From positions 27,156,001 to 27,220,000 of the forward strand of contig OZ024748.1 of assembly GCA_964016885.1 (NCBI GenBank): a stretch of DNA of 64,000 nt, written 5' to 3'. Each line of letters starts with the position of its first letter. Position 1 is the stretch's first letter. Shown piece by piece: positions 49,555-61,870 of this stretch. Origin of the DNA: Eledone cirrhosa (taxonomy: Eukaryota). The position numbers and the translations under genes were made by a program. Below the pieces are notes generated by a model, which was not told the origin of the DNA, searched no databases, and saw only the letters and a program-made list of their open reading frames with translations.

Positions 49555-50900
49555 CTTCCTGGGGCAAACCTACCGACTGACCTCTGGACTGCCCATGGGA
49601 TCCAGCCTCTTGGGTTTACTGGCCATTTTATATATGAACAGAATGCTGGGTACTCAGCTCCTGCGACACCAGTGCTTTCTTCACTAGATATGTAGATGAT
49701 ATACTCATCCTCACATCCACCAAGGAGAACACCAACAAGATTTTTGAATCTTTTAACAATGCTGACAATAACATCAAGTTCAGCATTGAACATCCCACCA
49801 AATCCAGGTCCCTCGCTCTACTTGATTTCAGACTGAACATCTCTGATAGCGGTGAAATCCACACCAATTTCTACCACAAAGTGGCCAGCAGGGACCTGTT
49901 TGTTCATTACAAATCTGCCCTCCACAACAGCTCTAAAAGAGGGTATATCTTCAACAAAATGGCTTGCATACGCAACTGATGCAGTGACCCTGATAACAGA
50001 GCCACCCATATCAGACGATTCCACAGGGTGTTAGAGATTAATGGCTACCCAGCTTCCTTCTCCACTCCATGATGAAACCCCAGACCTAGAGACCGGACCA
50101 ACACAAACAACAGTTGCTTCTTCTAGATTCCACATCTAACTGAGGAAACCACCAATGCCATATGCAAACCATCAGGTGAGAGGGCCTCAATATCAAACTA
50201 GCTCACTCTTGACCTTCCCTGCGAAGATGCCTCTCCGACGAGGATAACGGATGCACCCTAGGCAATTGCCCTATCTGCAACACTAATTGTTGCCTACTGA
50301 ATGGAGGCACATGGCTTAGTGGTTAGAGCATTGGCCTTGCAATCGAAAGGTTGTGAGTTCAATTCTCAGACCGGGTGATGTGTTGTTTCCTTGAGCAAGA
50401 CACTTTATTTCACATTGCTCCAGTTTACTCAGCTGTAGAAATGAGATTATAGGGACTGGGGTCCCTATCATTCCACTGCAAAGTGGTCGTGGCAAAAAAG
50501 CACCCAGCACTCACTGTAAATGAGGTTGGTGTTAGGAAGGGCATCCAGCTGTAGAAATCAAGCCAGAATCAGTTCCCGTCCCACTCTTGCAAGCAGGGAA
50601 AAGGTGGACGTAAAATGATGATGATGATGATGATGTACCGACATAGTATACAGGCTAGAATGTAACCAGTACAATCTATTTTACATAGGCTGCACTATTC
50701 GACCGTTACATCTCTGTATTAAAGAGCATGTTGACACTAACTCCTCTTCCTTCCACAAACACATCATCAAATGCAGAGACCAGGACAACATTACCACCAC
50801 AGTCTTAGCTACCAAATGCAGTCTAGGCACACTGAGAATTAAGGAAGCCCTCTTGATCAAGCAATTAAAACCTAGGATCACAAATTTAAGTATCCTATCT
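49555..50900 (+). mobile_element. Degenerate PLE (RT YVDD + GIY-YIG) interrupted by a SINE
   Basis: YVDDILI..IKFSIEHP..LLDFRL..FVHYKSA. After the SINE: VYRLEC..FYIGCTIRPL..KEH..IKEALLI. Confidence 0.8.
50302..50636 (+). mobile_element. tRNA-derived SINE (S2-like head) with RTE-derived 3' tail
   Basis: TGGCTTAGTGG A box, GAGTTCAATTC B box, CCTTGAGCAAG core, then GGTGTTAGGAAGGGCATCCAGC..(GAT)n. Confidence 0.85.
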
Positions 50901-52211
50901 TTAAATTACAGTCTACTCTACCATGAAGTACTAAAGGTATCTATATTAGGATGATTACTCCCTATCATAGAGTGCTACAACTGAATATTCCATACGAAGA
51001 GTCAGATCTCCATATCAATGTTCTTTGTAAATGTAGTCTACCCACAGAACCTGACAGGGTCTTATTATAACCACGTCTATATATAACCCCTGGTAAGCTC
51101 TGGGTCAGCGCATGGCTGATTGCATGGCAAAGTTAAATATCTCTAGGGTAGACCAAAGAGCAATTCTCACTTACAAAGTCATTAATCTATCTATCAAGTC
51201 ATACATGTATGTATAACTCACATACCACTTGTATATAATTCATTGTACTCAACATATAGGTTATATAGCTCTTTTATGTTAATAAATTAATCTTCTATTT
51301 ATCTAATGATAGCACTCCATACATACAACAACATTTGCACAAATAATTCAGTGTTTAAAGTTTACATATAATTATATAGTGATATAATGTAGTCTAAGTA
51401 ATTGAAGGTAATTATACTAAAAGTAGGTGAACATGGGGATATTTCTAGGGTAAAAGGTTTTAGATAGATGTCACGAATTGTGTTAAGATAGGGTGGATCA
51501 TTGAGTGTGGAGTTGTGGTGTAAGGTGTGCCTTTGAGGGCTCAAGTCTGACATTGCTATATATTGGGTTTAAAGTTTTGGAAGGAGTGTCGGAAGCGGTT
51601 CTGGCATGACGCGAACACTTCTGATTTTTTATTAAGGAGGTTATGGTTTGAGAAGATAATAGTATGGGTCTCTAGTAGACAGAGGTTACAAAATTTATTA
51701 GGTGGTTTGTAAACTATATATTACGTTTCCTGAATTGTGAAAATGGTGGTGTATACAAAAACCATAACATTATTTTGCTTCTCATTTATAATATTTCTCT
51801 GCGCACAAGCTTCTTTATCATACACAAAAAAATACTTTACCACTACAACCTCCATAATACTCTTGATTACCCACTTAAAGTGCTTGTATTGCATATAACA
51901 CCTTGCTGCACAATAATCATATATAAATAAGACACACGTGCATGCCCCACGTGTAACTATTGCATGCAATAACTACTACAACTGACTAACAAACTATCCT
52001 CTTGCATTATCTACGTTAACTGCCGATGTTGTATTTTAATTTTAATTTTGCTTTGATTCTGTTTTAATATGATTTTAATTTTTGAATTTAAATTGCCATG
52101 CAAAAATAATATAATGGATGTCACCCCACTGTGCATCAATATATACATATGTATCTGTATGTCTCTTGTGTTAGAAAGGAGGTCATGTATGTAAACAAAC
52201 ATTGAAAAATT

Positions 52212-52256
52212 GCTCCGAAGACTCCGAACCTCGGTTTGGATGAAACAATTGTAAGC
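52212..52256 (+). ncRNA. Minimal hammerhead-like fold (variant core CCGAAGA)
   Basis: GCT-CCGAAGA-C-TCCGAACC/GGTTTGGA-T-GAAA-CAATTG-TA-AGC, followed by AATAAA. Confidence 0.5.
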
Positions 52257-52296
52257 TAATAAATGGTTTGAACAGAACTTTGATTCATGTGAATTC

Positions 52297-52330
<34 letters not shown>

Positions 52331-52334
52331 ATAT

Positions 52335-53872
52335 ATCATCGTTAACTGTTATAAGGGTAAAGGAGACACCCTAGATAGGAGTAACTATAGAGGCATTAAA
52401 TTAATCGACCAGGTCATGAAGGTCACGGAAAAAGTAATAGCGCAACTAATCAGAGAGAGAATTGACCTAGATGAAATGCAGTTCGGGTTTGTGTCAGGCA
52501 AAAGTACCACAGACGCTCTTTTCATAGTACGACAACTACAGGAGAAGTACCTAGCTAAAGGTAAACCCCTCTACTTAGCTTTTGTCGACTTGGAGAAAGC
52601 CTATCGACAGAGTCCCCCGCTCCATTATCTGGTGGGCTCTTAGAAAACTAGGCGTTGACGAATGGCTTGTGAGGGCTATACAAGCCATGTATAAAGAAAC
52701 AGTCAGCAAGGTTAGAATTAACAACGAATATAGTGAAGAGTTTAGCGTAAAAGTTGGCGTCCATCAGGGCTCTGTTCTCAGCCCCCTACTATTTATTATT
52801 GCCCTTCAGGCTATAACAGAGGAGTTCAAGACCGGCTGCCCATGGGAACTCCTATACGCAGACGACCTGACACTCATAGCGGAATCAATGGCCGAGCTAG
52901 AGAAGAAATTCCAAACATGGAAGCACGGCCTAGAATCAAAAGGACTTAAAATTAACCTGGCTAAGACTAAAGTTCTAGTTTGTAGGAAAGAAAATAAGGC
53001 GGCGGTCCCTTCTGGGAAATGGTCGTGCTCGGTGTATAGGAAAGGCGTAGGTAGAAACTCCATTTTATGTCCTAAATGCAAAGTATGGGTGCATAAAAGA
53101 TGTAGTGGGATCACAGGTAAGCTAACTAAGAACATAGATTTTACATGTGGCCGGTGCTCTGGTGCAATAAGTAGCAGCAAGTGCCCACCAAATACTAGCT
53201 CTTTCAATTGTGCAGAGGGTTCTATAGAAATAGTGGACAGCTTCCGTTACCTGGGCGATAAAATCAGCAGTGGGGGAGGGTGCTCTGAAAGTACAGTAGC
53301 TAGAGTCAGAACTGGTTGGAAAAAGTTCAGAGAGCTTATACCACTATTAGCTGCTAAAGGGTTCTCCCTAAAAATGAAAGGCAGGTTGTACGATGCCTGC
53401 ATACGAACAGCAATGTTGCATGGCAGTGAGACCTGGGCATTGTGTGCAGAGGATATACGCAGACTAGAGAGGAACGAAGCTTGCATGCTCCACTGGATGT
53501 GTAACAGTAATATACGTGAACGGCAAAGCATAAACGAACTAAGGAAAAAATTAGAGATAAGAGGGATCAGATGTTGTTTACTCGAGAGAAGGCTACGTTG
53601 GTATGGACACGTGATGCGCATGAAAGTCGATAGCTGTATAACAAAGTGCAGGGCAATAAAGATAGACGGTAGCCACGGAATAGGCAGACCTAGAAAAACC
53701 TGGGACGAGCTGATAAACTCCGACCTCACACACTTACACCTCTCCAAGACAATGTCACTGGACCGAGACCTTTGGCGGTACTCAGTAACAGAGAAGACCC
53801 GCCTTACCTAAATACATAGTAAAACCTACTACAGCCAGTAGGCATCTCTAACAAAATACATGATGATGATGA
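52335..53872 (+). mobile_element. 5'-truncated young RTE copy
   Basis: ORFs 52416-52643 and 52582-53811 (one frameshift). Near-identical to 54257-55726. Confidence 0.93.
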
Positions 53873-53885
53873 TATATAATATATA

Positions 53886-56800
53886 TCATCATCATCATCA
53901 TCATCAACGTTTAACGTCCGTGTTCCACGCTTGCATGGGTTTGGACGGGGGTAGTCCCACTTGAGGCAAGAGTGATTGTCTTGCTCGCATAGGACTGTCT
54001 GGCAGGTTTTCTACAGTTGGATGCCCTTCCTAACACCAACCACATTTACAGTGTGGGTCTGGGAGGTTTTTACCGTGTTGCCTACATGGCCACATTACAG
54101 CGTGGACTGTGTTTTTTTGTCGTGACACCTACACGATCTCATTTGTTTCGGCCTGGATGGCGCGGCACCAACATAACTTTACATAGAACGGGGTGGTGTG
54201 GATGGGGTGGGGGTGGTGGCGGGACGGGGTCTATTTTGTTAGAGATGCCTACTGGCAAGGCGGGTCTTCTCTGTTACTGAGTACCGCCAAAGGTCTCGGT
54301 CCAGTGACATTGTCTTGGAGAGGTGTAAGTGTGTGAGGTCGGAGTTTATCAGCTCGTCCCAGGTTTTTCTAGGTCTGCCTATTCCGTGGCTACCGTCTAT
54401 CTTTATTGCCCTGCACTTTGTTATACAGCTATCGACTTTCATGCGCATCACGTGTCCATACCAACGTAGCCTTCTCTCGAGTAAACAACATCTGATCCCT
54501 CTTATCTCTAATTTTTTCCTTAGTTCGTTTATGCTTTGCCGTTCACGTATATTACTGTTACACATCCAGTGGAGCATGCAAGCTTCGTTCCTCTCTAGTC
54601 TGCGTATATCCTCTGCACATAATGCCCAGGTCTCACTGCCATGCAACATTGCTGTTCGTATGCAGGCATCGTACAACCTGCCTTTCATTTTTAGGGAGAA
54701 CCCTTTAGCAGCTAATAGTGGTATAAGCTCTCTGAACTTTTTCCAACCAGTTCTGACTCTAGCTACTGTACTTTCAGAGCACCCTCCCCCACTGCTGATT
54801 TTATCGCCCAGGTAACGGAAGCTGTCCACTATTTCTATAGAACCCTCTGCACAATTGAAAGAGCTAGTATTTGGTGGGCACTTGCTGCTACTTATTGCAC
54901 CAGAACACCGGCCACATGTAAAATCTATGTTCTTAGTTAGCTTACCTGTGATCCCACTACATCTTTTATGCACCCATACTTTGAATTTAGGACATAAAAT
55001 GGAGTTTCTACCTACGCCTTTCCTACACACCGAGCACGACCATTTCCCAGAAGGGACCGCCGCCTTGTTTTCTTTCCTACAAACTAGAACTTTAGTCTTA
55101 GCCAGGTTAATTTTAAGTCCTTTTGACTCTAGGCCGTGCTTCCATGTTTGGAATTTCTTCTCTAGCTCGGCCATTGATTCCGCTATGAGTGTCAGGTCGT
55201 CTGCGTATAGGAGTTCCCATGGGCAGCCGGTCTTGAACTCCTCTGTTATAGCCTGAAGGGCAATAATAAATAGTAGGGGGCTGAGAACAGAGCCCTGATG
55301 GACGCCAACTTTTACGCTAAACTCTTCACTATATTCGTTGTTAATTCTAACCTTGCTGACTGTTTCTTTATACATGGCTTGTATAGCCCTCACAAGCCAT
55401 TCGTCAACGCCTAGTTTTCTAAGAGCCCACCAGATAATGGAGCGGGGGACTCTGTCGAAGGCTTTCTCCAAGTCGACAAAAGCTAAGTAGAGGGGTTTAC
55501 CTTTAGCTAGGTACTTCTCCTGTAGTTGTCGTACTATGAAAAGAGCGTCTGTGGTACTTTTGCCTGACACAAACCCGAACTGCATTTCATCTAGGTCAAT
55601 TCTTTCTCTGATTAGTTGCGCTATTACTTTTTCCGTCACCTTCATGACCTGGTCGATTAATTTAATGCCTCTATAGTTACTCCTATCTAGGGCGTCTCCT
55701 TTACCCTTATAACAGTTAACGATGATGCTGCTATGCCAGTCCTTCGGAACAACCCCATTCTGTACGACTTGGTTAACTATGCGGGTGACCATGGTGTGTC
55801 CCACCGTGCCAGATGCCTTCAGCATCTCAGCAACTATTTCCGTAGGCCCAGCCGCCTTACCCGTCTTCATATCCTTGATTGCCTTATTTATTATACTCCC
55901 CTCGACTAACACTGCTGGTCCCTCTATTGGGTCGATATGGGGGAGACTGTCTTTCTCCCATTTATTCTCCTCATTTAGTAGCCTTTCGTAGTGACACTTC
56001 CAAGCTACCTTCTTATCAGCGTCAGTGATGGCAAGTATGCCATCATCGTTAAGTACACACTTCTCCCCGACAATATCACGGTTTTCCTTGACGCATTGCC
56101 TAGCAATCCTGAACACCTCACGTTTTTGGTCATCGCGTTGTAGAACATGCTTGAACTTTCTTTCCTCAGCTTCCCTTCTTGCTAAGTACACTTGTCTCCT
56201 AGCTTCCCTCCTGGCCACTTGATAGTCTTCTCTACTTCCCCCATCCCGCCATACTTTCCAAGCCTGCTTTTTGGCCTTAATTGACCCCTCCACCTTACTG
56301 TTCCACCACCATGTTACTCTCCTCCTGCCTACAGGCCTGCTCCAGCCACAGACTTCGTCTGTCGCCAACAGCAGGTTTGCCTTCAGAAATTCCCACTGTC
56401 CCTCTATATTGTCCGACTCTAAATGTTCTTCCTTACTGTCGAAAGCATCAAGTAATATGCTTTGAAATTTATTTCTGGCTGTGGGGTCCTTTAGCTTCCA
56501 TATTTTTCTCCTGAGGATAGTCCTCTTCTGCTGTCGAGTACGTCTCGTCCTGACTATGAGGTCGCTAATTATCAGTCTATGTTGGGAGGTGCATTCTTCA
56601 TGGGGGAGAGATTTAGTGTTTACAACAGACACTCTGTCACGTCTTCTGGTAAGGATATAATCTACCTGGCTTGTGTGTTCCCCGGATCTATAGGTGATCA
56701 GGTGATTGTCACGTTTTTTGAAGTTAGTGTTACAGATAGTTAGGTTATTTGCATCACAGAATTCCAGGATTCTGGAGCCTTCCTCGTTTCTAGTACCAAA

Positions 56801-57070
56801 CCCATAGCCTCCATGGATTTCGTCGTAGCCGTCACAATGTTGTCCAACGTGACCATTTAGGTCGCCTGCAATAATTATATAGTCACTGTCGGATATTTGG
56901 GAGGTAGTTAGCATCAGTGTCTCATAGAATCTGTCTTTTATAGTGCCGGGCAGTCCGGATTGGGGTGCGTATGCAGATATTACTGTCACCGTAGTTCTAT
57001 TGAGGACAAGTCGTATTTTAATTATTCTGTCGTTCACTCTATTTACGTCTATTATCTTATCTGCCCACTT
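53886..57070 (-). mobile_element. Young RTE LINE, 5'-truncated within the APE domain
   Basis: Uninterrupted ORF plus full 3' UTR with (GAT)n tail. TA flank at the 5' end. Confidence 0.95.
54239..57037 (-). CDS. RTE ORF: partial APE endonuclease + RT + Cys/His finger, 932 aa
   Basis: SAYAPQ, GDLNGHVG, QVDYIL, SQHR, DLEKAFD, GVHQGSVLSP, YADD, RLRWYGHV. The true N-terminus is missing. Confidence 0.9.
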   Translation of the reverse strand: MNDRIIKIRLVLNRTTVTVISAYAPQSGLPGTIKDRFYETLMLTTSQISDSDYIIIAGDLNGHVGQHCDGYDEIHGGYGFGTRNEEGSRILEFCDANNLTICNTNFKKRDNHLITYRSGEHTSQVDYILTRRRDRVSVVNTKSLPHEECTSQHRLIISDLIVRTRRTRQQKRTILRRKIWKLKDPTARNKFQSILLDAFDSKEEHLESDNIEGQWEFLKANLLLATDEVCGWSRPVGRRRVTWWWNSKVEGSIKAKKQAWKVWRDGGSREDYQVARREARRQVYLARREAEERKFKHVLQRDDQKREVFRIARQCVKENRDIVGEKCVLNDDGILAITDADKKVAWKCHYERLLNEENKWEKDSLPHIDPIEGPAVLVEGSIINKAIKDMKTGKAAGPTEIVAEMLKASGTVGHTMVTRIVNQVVQNGVVPKDWHSSIIVNCYKGKGDALDRSNYRGIKLIDQVMKVTEKVIAQLIRERIDLDEMQFGFVSGKSTTDALFIVRQLQEKYLAKGKPLYLAFVDLEKAFDRVPRSIIWWALRKLGVDEWLVRAIQAMYKETVSKVRINNEYSEEFSVKVGVHQGSVLSPLLFIIALQAITEEFKTGCPWELLYADDLTLIAESMAELEKKFQTWKHGLESKGLKINLAKTKVLVCRKENKAAVPSGKWSCSVCRKGVGRNSILCPKFKVWVHKRCSGITGKLTKNIDFTCGRCSGAISSSKCPPNTSSFNCAEGSIEIVDSFRYLGDKISSGGGCSESTVARVRTGWKKFRELIPLLAAKGFSLKMKGRLYDACIRTAMLHGSETWALCAEDIRRLERNEACMLHWMCNSNIRERQSINELRKKLEIRGIRCCLLERRLRWYGHVMRMKVDSCITKCRAIKIDGSHGIGRPRKTWDELINSDLTHLHLSKTMSLDRDLWRYSVTEKTRLASRHL

Positions 57071-57082
57071 TATATATATATA

Positions 57083-57114
<32 letters not shown>

Positions 57115-57115
57115 T

Positions 57116-59706
57116 ATCATCATCATCATCATCATCACCGTTTTACGTCCGTTCTTCCACGCTAGCATGGGTTAGACGGGTTGTCCTGTTGTGTGCAGTA
57201 TCTGGTCGGCTGACCATGCCTTGCTCATACAGGAACTGATCTGGCTTGATTTCTACAGCTGGATGCCCTTCCTAACACCAACCTCATTTACAGTGAGTGC
57301 TGGGTGCTTTTTCGTGGCGCCTACACGTCCACTTTACAGTGTGGGCTGGGTGCTTTTTTGCCGTGGCACCTCCACGACCACCTTGCGGTGGGGGGGGGGG
57401 GGGCATATTGTTTATATGCTTCAGCATGTACCCATGGGAGGTCGGGTACTCTGTATTACTGCGTGACGCCAGAAGTCACGGTCGTGTGTCATTGTCTTTG
57501 AGAGGTGTAATTGGGTAAGGTTGGCTTTTATCACCTCATCCCAGGTCATCTTGGGTCTCCACACTCCGCGGTTTCCATCAACTTCTAGTGCTCTGCACCT
57601 TTTTATGCAGCTGTCATCCTTCATACGCATCACATGTCCATACCAGCGCAACCGCCTCTCCTGCACACAGCATTTGATTCCTCTTATGCTCAGTCTCTCT
57701 CTCAATTCATTTATGCTTTGTCGTTCCTGTATATTACTGTTACACATCCATCGGAGCATGCAGGCTTCGTTTCTCTCTAATCTACGTAAGTCTTCCACCT
57801 TCAGCGCCCAGGTCTCACTACCATGCAACATCGCTGTTCGGATACACGCATCATACAGTCTGCCTTTCATTCTGAGGGAGAAGCCTTTTGCAGCTAGCAG
57901 TGGTAGTAGTTCCCTAAACTTCTTCCTTCCCGTTCTTACCCTAGTTATTGTACTTTCTGAACACCCACCTCCGTTGCTAATTCGGTCACCTAGGTAGCAG
58001 AAGCTGTCTACTGTTTCTACAGGGCCCTCCCAGAGATTGGTGGTACTTGTTTCCTGTGGCTTTTTGCTGCTTGCTGTTTCAGCACAGCTGCTGCATGTGA
58101 ATCCTACATTCTTAATTAAGCTTCCTGAGATCCCGCTACATCTCTTGTGTACCCATTGTTTGCATTTGGGGCAGAGAATGGAGTTCCTACCTACACCTTT
58201 CCTACATACTGAGCAAGGCCATTTCCCCGAGGGGATCTGGGTTCTGTTTTCTCGTCTACTTACAAGGACCTTAGTCTTGGTCATGTTGACTTTGAGACCC
58301 TTTCTCTCTAGTCCCTGCTTCCAGGTTTGGAATTTATTCTCTAGTTCTACCATAGATTCAGCTATGAGTGCGAGGTCATCAGCATACAGGAGTTCCCATG
58401 GGCATCCGGTCTTAAACTCCTCCGTTATTGCCTGCAGGTCTATGATGAACAGGAGAGGGCTAAGAACAGAGCCCTGGTGGACCTCAACCTGTACGCTAAA
58501 TTCCTCGCTATACTCATTGCTAATCCTAACTTTGCTGACTGCTCCCCTATACATGGCTTGTACCGCTTTCACAAGCCATTCATCTACTCCTAGTTTTCTA
58601 AGAGCCTACCAGATTACAGCACGTGGAACTCTGTCAAAGGCTTTCTCAAGGTCGACAAATGCCAAGTAGAGTGGCTTACTTTTAGCTAGGTACTTTTCCT
58701 GTAATTGCCTCACAAGGAAGAGGGCATCAGTGGTGCTTCTTCCTGGTACAAACCCAAATTGCATCTCGTCTATATTCACCCGGTCCCTAATCAGCTGTGC
58801 TATAACTCTTTCTGTTACTTTCATGACCTGGTCCATCAACTTTATACCTCTATAGTTTCCTCTATCTAGTGCATCGCCTTTGCCTTTGTAGCAGTTGACA
58901 ATGATGCTACTGCACCAATCTTTTGGTATGGCCCCTTCTAGTATTACCTGGTTAACGATACGTGTGGTTATAGTGTGACCTACAGACCCAGATGCCTTCA
59001 GCATCTCGGCAGCTATACCCGATGGACCGGTTGCCTTCCCCATCTTCATATCTTTGATTGCCTTACTTACTACGCTGCTGCTGACTTGTACTGCTGGTCC
59101 CTCTATAGGGTCTACTTGGGGTAGGGTCTCTTCTTCCCATGCATTCTCCTCATTTAGTAATCTATCATAATGACTCTTCCATGCATCTTTCTTCTCAGCA
59201 CTTGTGAGGGCAAGCTCACCTTTATCATTCCGGATACACTTCTCTCCAATGACATCACAACTATCTCTGACACACTGCCTCGCAATCTTGAATACCTCCT
59301 GTTTCTGGTCCTCACGTTGTAAAACATGCTTGAATTTTCTATCCTCTGCTTCCCTCCTAGCTAAGTATACTTGTCGCCTAGCTTCCCTCTTGGTCTCTAT
59401 GTAGTGTACCCTGCTCCCCCCGTTCTTCCATTCTTTCCATGCCTGTCTCTTGGCCTTAACTGCTTCATCTACCTTATTGTTCCACCACCAAGTCACTCTC
59501 CTCCTGCTTGAGGTCTTACTCCAGCCACAGACCTCATCCGTCGCCTCTAGTAAATTATTTTTTAGGAACTCCCAGTTCTCTTCTACGTTAAATGTCTCTA
59601 TCTGTTCCTCTTTACTGTCGTAGGCGTTGAGTAAAATATCTTTAAATCTGTTACTGGTTGAGGGGACTTTCAGGTTCCAGATCTTTCTTCTCCAGGTTGG
59701 CCTCAA
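57116..59706 (-). mobile_element. RTE LINE, second subfamily, 5'-truncated, one internal stop
   Basis: ORFs 58606-59712 and 57421-58572 are in the same frame, separated by a TAG at a conserved Trp. 3' UTR with (GAT)n. Confidence 0.93.
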
Positions 59707-59714
59707 TAACAATA

Positions 59715-60220
59715 ATAATTGTTTCTACTTTTGGCACAAGGCCAGCAATTACCCAGTACATGAAAGGTACTTTATTTTATCGACCCCGTAAGGATGAAAG
59801 GTAAAGTTAACCTCGGCAGGATTTAAACTCAGAATGGAAAGGGCCGTAACTCTATGCGTCAAAGCATGGCGCCCGACCCTCTGCCAATACTGCCAAATAA
59901 TTGTTTCTACGTTAGGCACAAGGCCATCAAATACCCAGTGTATTACTGGTACTTTATTTTATCGACCCTGTAAGGATGAAAGGCAAAGTTAACTGCCAAA
60001 TAATGGTTTCTGATTTAGACACCAGGCCAACAATTTTTTCGAAGAAAGAAAAGTCAATTAAATCTATCCTAGTGTGTTACTAATGTGTTATTCTATTGAT
60101 CTCATACGGATGAAAGGTAAAGCTAACTTCTGGGTAAAGCTAACTTCTGTGGGATTTGAATGTAAAAAACTCTATGCTGCAAAGCATGCTGTCCAATGCT
60201 TTACCGATTACTACCAAACC
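59715..60220 (-). mobile_element. Cluster of three S1 SINE copies or fragments
   Basis: S1 core repeated at ~59715, ~59900 and ~60005. Confidence 0.8.
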
Positions 60221-60342
60221 CACTGTTCTTCAATGTAATAATAACAATAATGATTTAACTATTATAATGTTCTTTCACCTTCTCTAGCTTACAGAGAACT
60301 GGGAACATATATTTCAGTATTATAATGTTCTTTTTTTTACAG

Positions 60343-60585
60343 CTTCTCTAGCTTATATAGAACTGGGAACATTTATTACTATGTCTGGAGGAGAATTTTC
60401 TTACATTATAAGTGGCCTGCCAACTGTATTGGCATTCCTCTACAGTTGGTGTTCCGTGATAATGCTGAGGCCCTCATCCCTAGCTGTCATCTGTCTGGCT
60501 TTTGCTGAATATGTTGCCTCCCCTGTCTTCGATTCCTGTGGACCTCCCGTTGTCTTTGTCAAATGTCTGGCAGCGGCAGCCATCA
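60343..60585 (+). CDS. SLC7A9: SLC7 transporter coding exon 3
   Basis: TTACAG| SSLAYIELGTFITMSGGEFSYI..FLYSW..RPSSLAVICLAFAEYV..FDSCGPP..KCLAAAAI |GTAAG. 243 nt, phase 1-1. Has a Cys at the position that links to the heavy chain. Confidence 0.93.
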
Positions 60586-60901
60586 GTAAGTACATATATA
60601 TATTCATATATACATTATACACACACACACACACACACATAATATATATGTAAAAGGTAAACAGAAATAAAAATAACAAAACAAACATGTAAACAGAAGA
60701 AATACATTAGTTTAATGTTTGAAATAGCAGGAAGAGGGTCATAACGTTTCGGACACTAGTACTTCATCAGGAGATAGAGTTAAAAATAGAAGATAAATAG
60801 AAAGTAAAAAGTGAAGAGAAAGGACAGGGAAAAAGAGAAAAAATATTTGGGAGAAAAAAAACACATGTGCATATTCAGTCGGCTATCTTATATAAAGATA
60901 T

Positions 60902-60973
<72 letters not shown>

Positions 60974-61619
60974 TATATATATATATATACATTAAAACCC
61001 TCGTATATATCCCTTCTATATACTGTACTGATTGTGTTGTTATTTCTGTTTACATACATATATATATATATATATTATAAAATTATAAAATAACAGGAGG
61101 GTGGACTGGTGTAATTCCTTAAAGGTTTATTATACTATGAACATTTTAATGACCGGGTTCAGTATGAATCCAGTGACATCATCAGGTATTCGAAATTTAA
61201 CAAAGGAATATAATAGACACAATCCATGGGGCTGAAAAAGCAGAGAGACGGGTGAGTTGCATTACGTCGAGTGCTCTCCCTAATATTGCATCAAGGCTCA
61301 CTATACAGAATGACCAGTTCTATCCAGCGGTGAACCAACAAACCTAAATGTATATATATATAATTGGTGTTGGATGCTTAAAGTGTCCGTATGCGGTAGG
61401 CCGTATGAGCACTCGATGCTCTCATAGAGCAGAGTATGATATCACAGAAAAGAAGAGAATCAGTGTTGCGACTTCTCTCTATTTTTATTTTCCTTTTTAA
61501 GTTTCAGCTCTTGTCTGAGGTATGTTTTTGCTGTTTTCCTTCTCTTTCTCATGCAATCTAATGATTACACTGCATCCTCTTATTCATCACAGTGTCATTA
61601 TATATATGTATGACTGTAC

Positions 61620-61682
<63 letters not shown>

Positions 61683-61758
61683 CAAAGGAATTGTGGTAAG
61701 GAACCAGATGGACCATAACGCACCAGAGTACTCAATACTTAGGGTAGTAGAGTGCGAA

Positions 61759-61870
61759 ATAGGAAAAAGTATGACCCCGATGGCAGAGCTCAAGCCGTTA
61801 CGACGGCTATTTCTGGACCAGAAATAGCCGTCTAAACGGCTTGAGCTCTGCCGTCGGGTTCATACTTTTT

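Noticed and set aside
53247-58669. Long antisense ORFs over RTE copies (166, 133, 158, 210 aa)
   Set aside because: Shadow frames of the RT ORF with no independent motifs.
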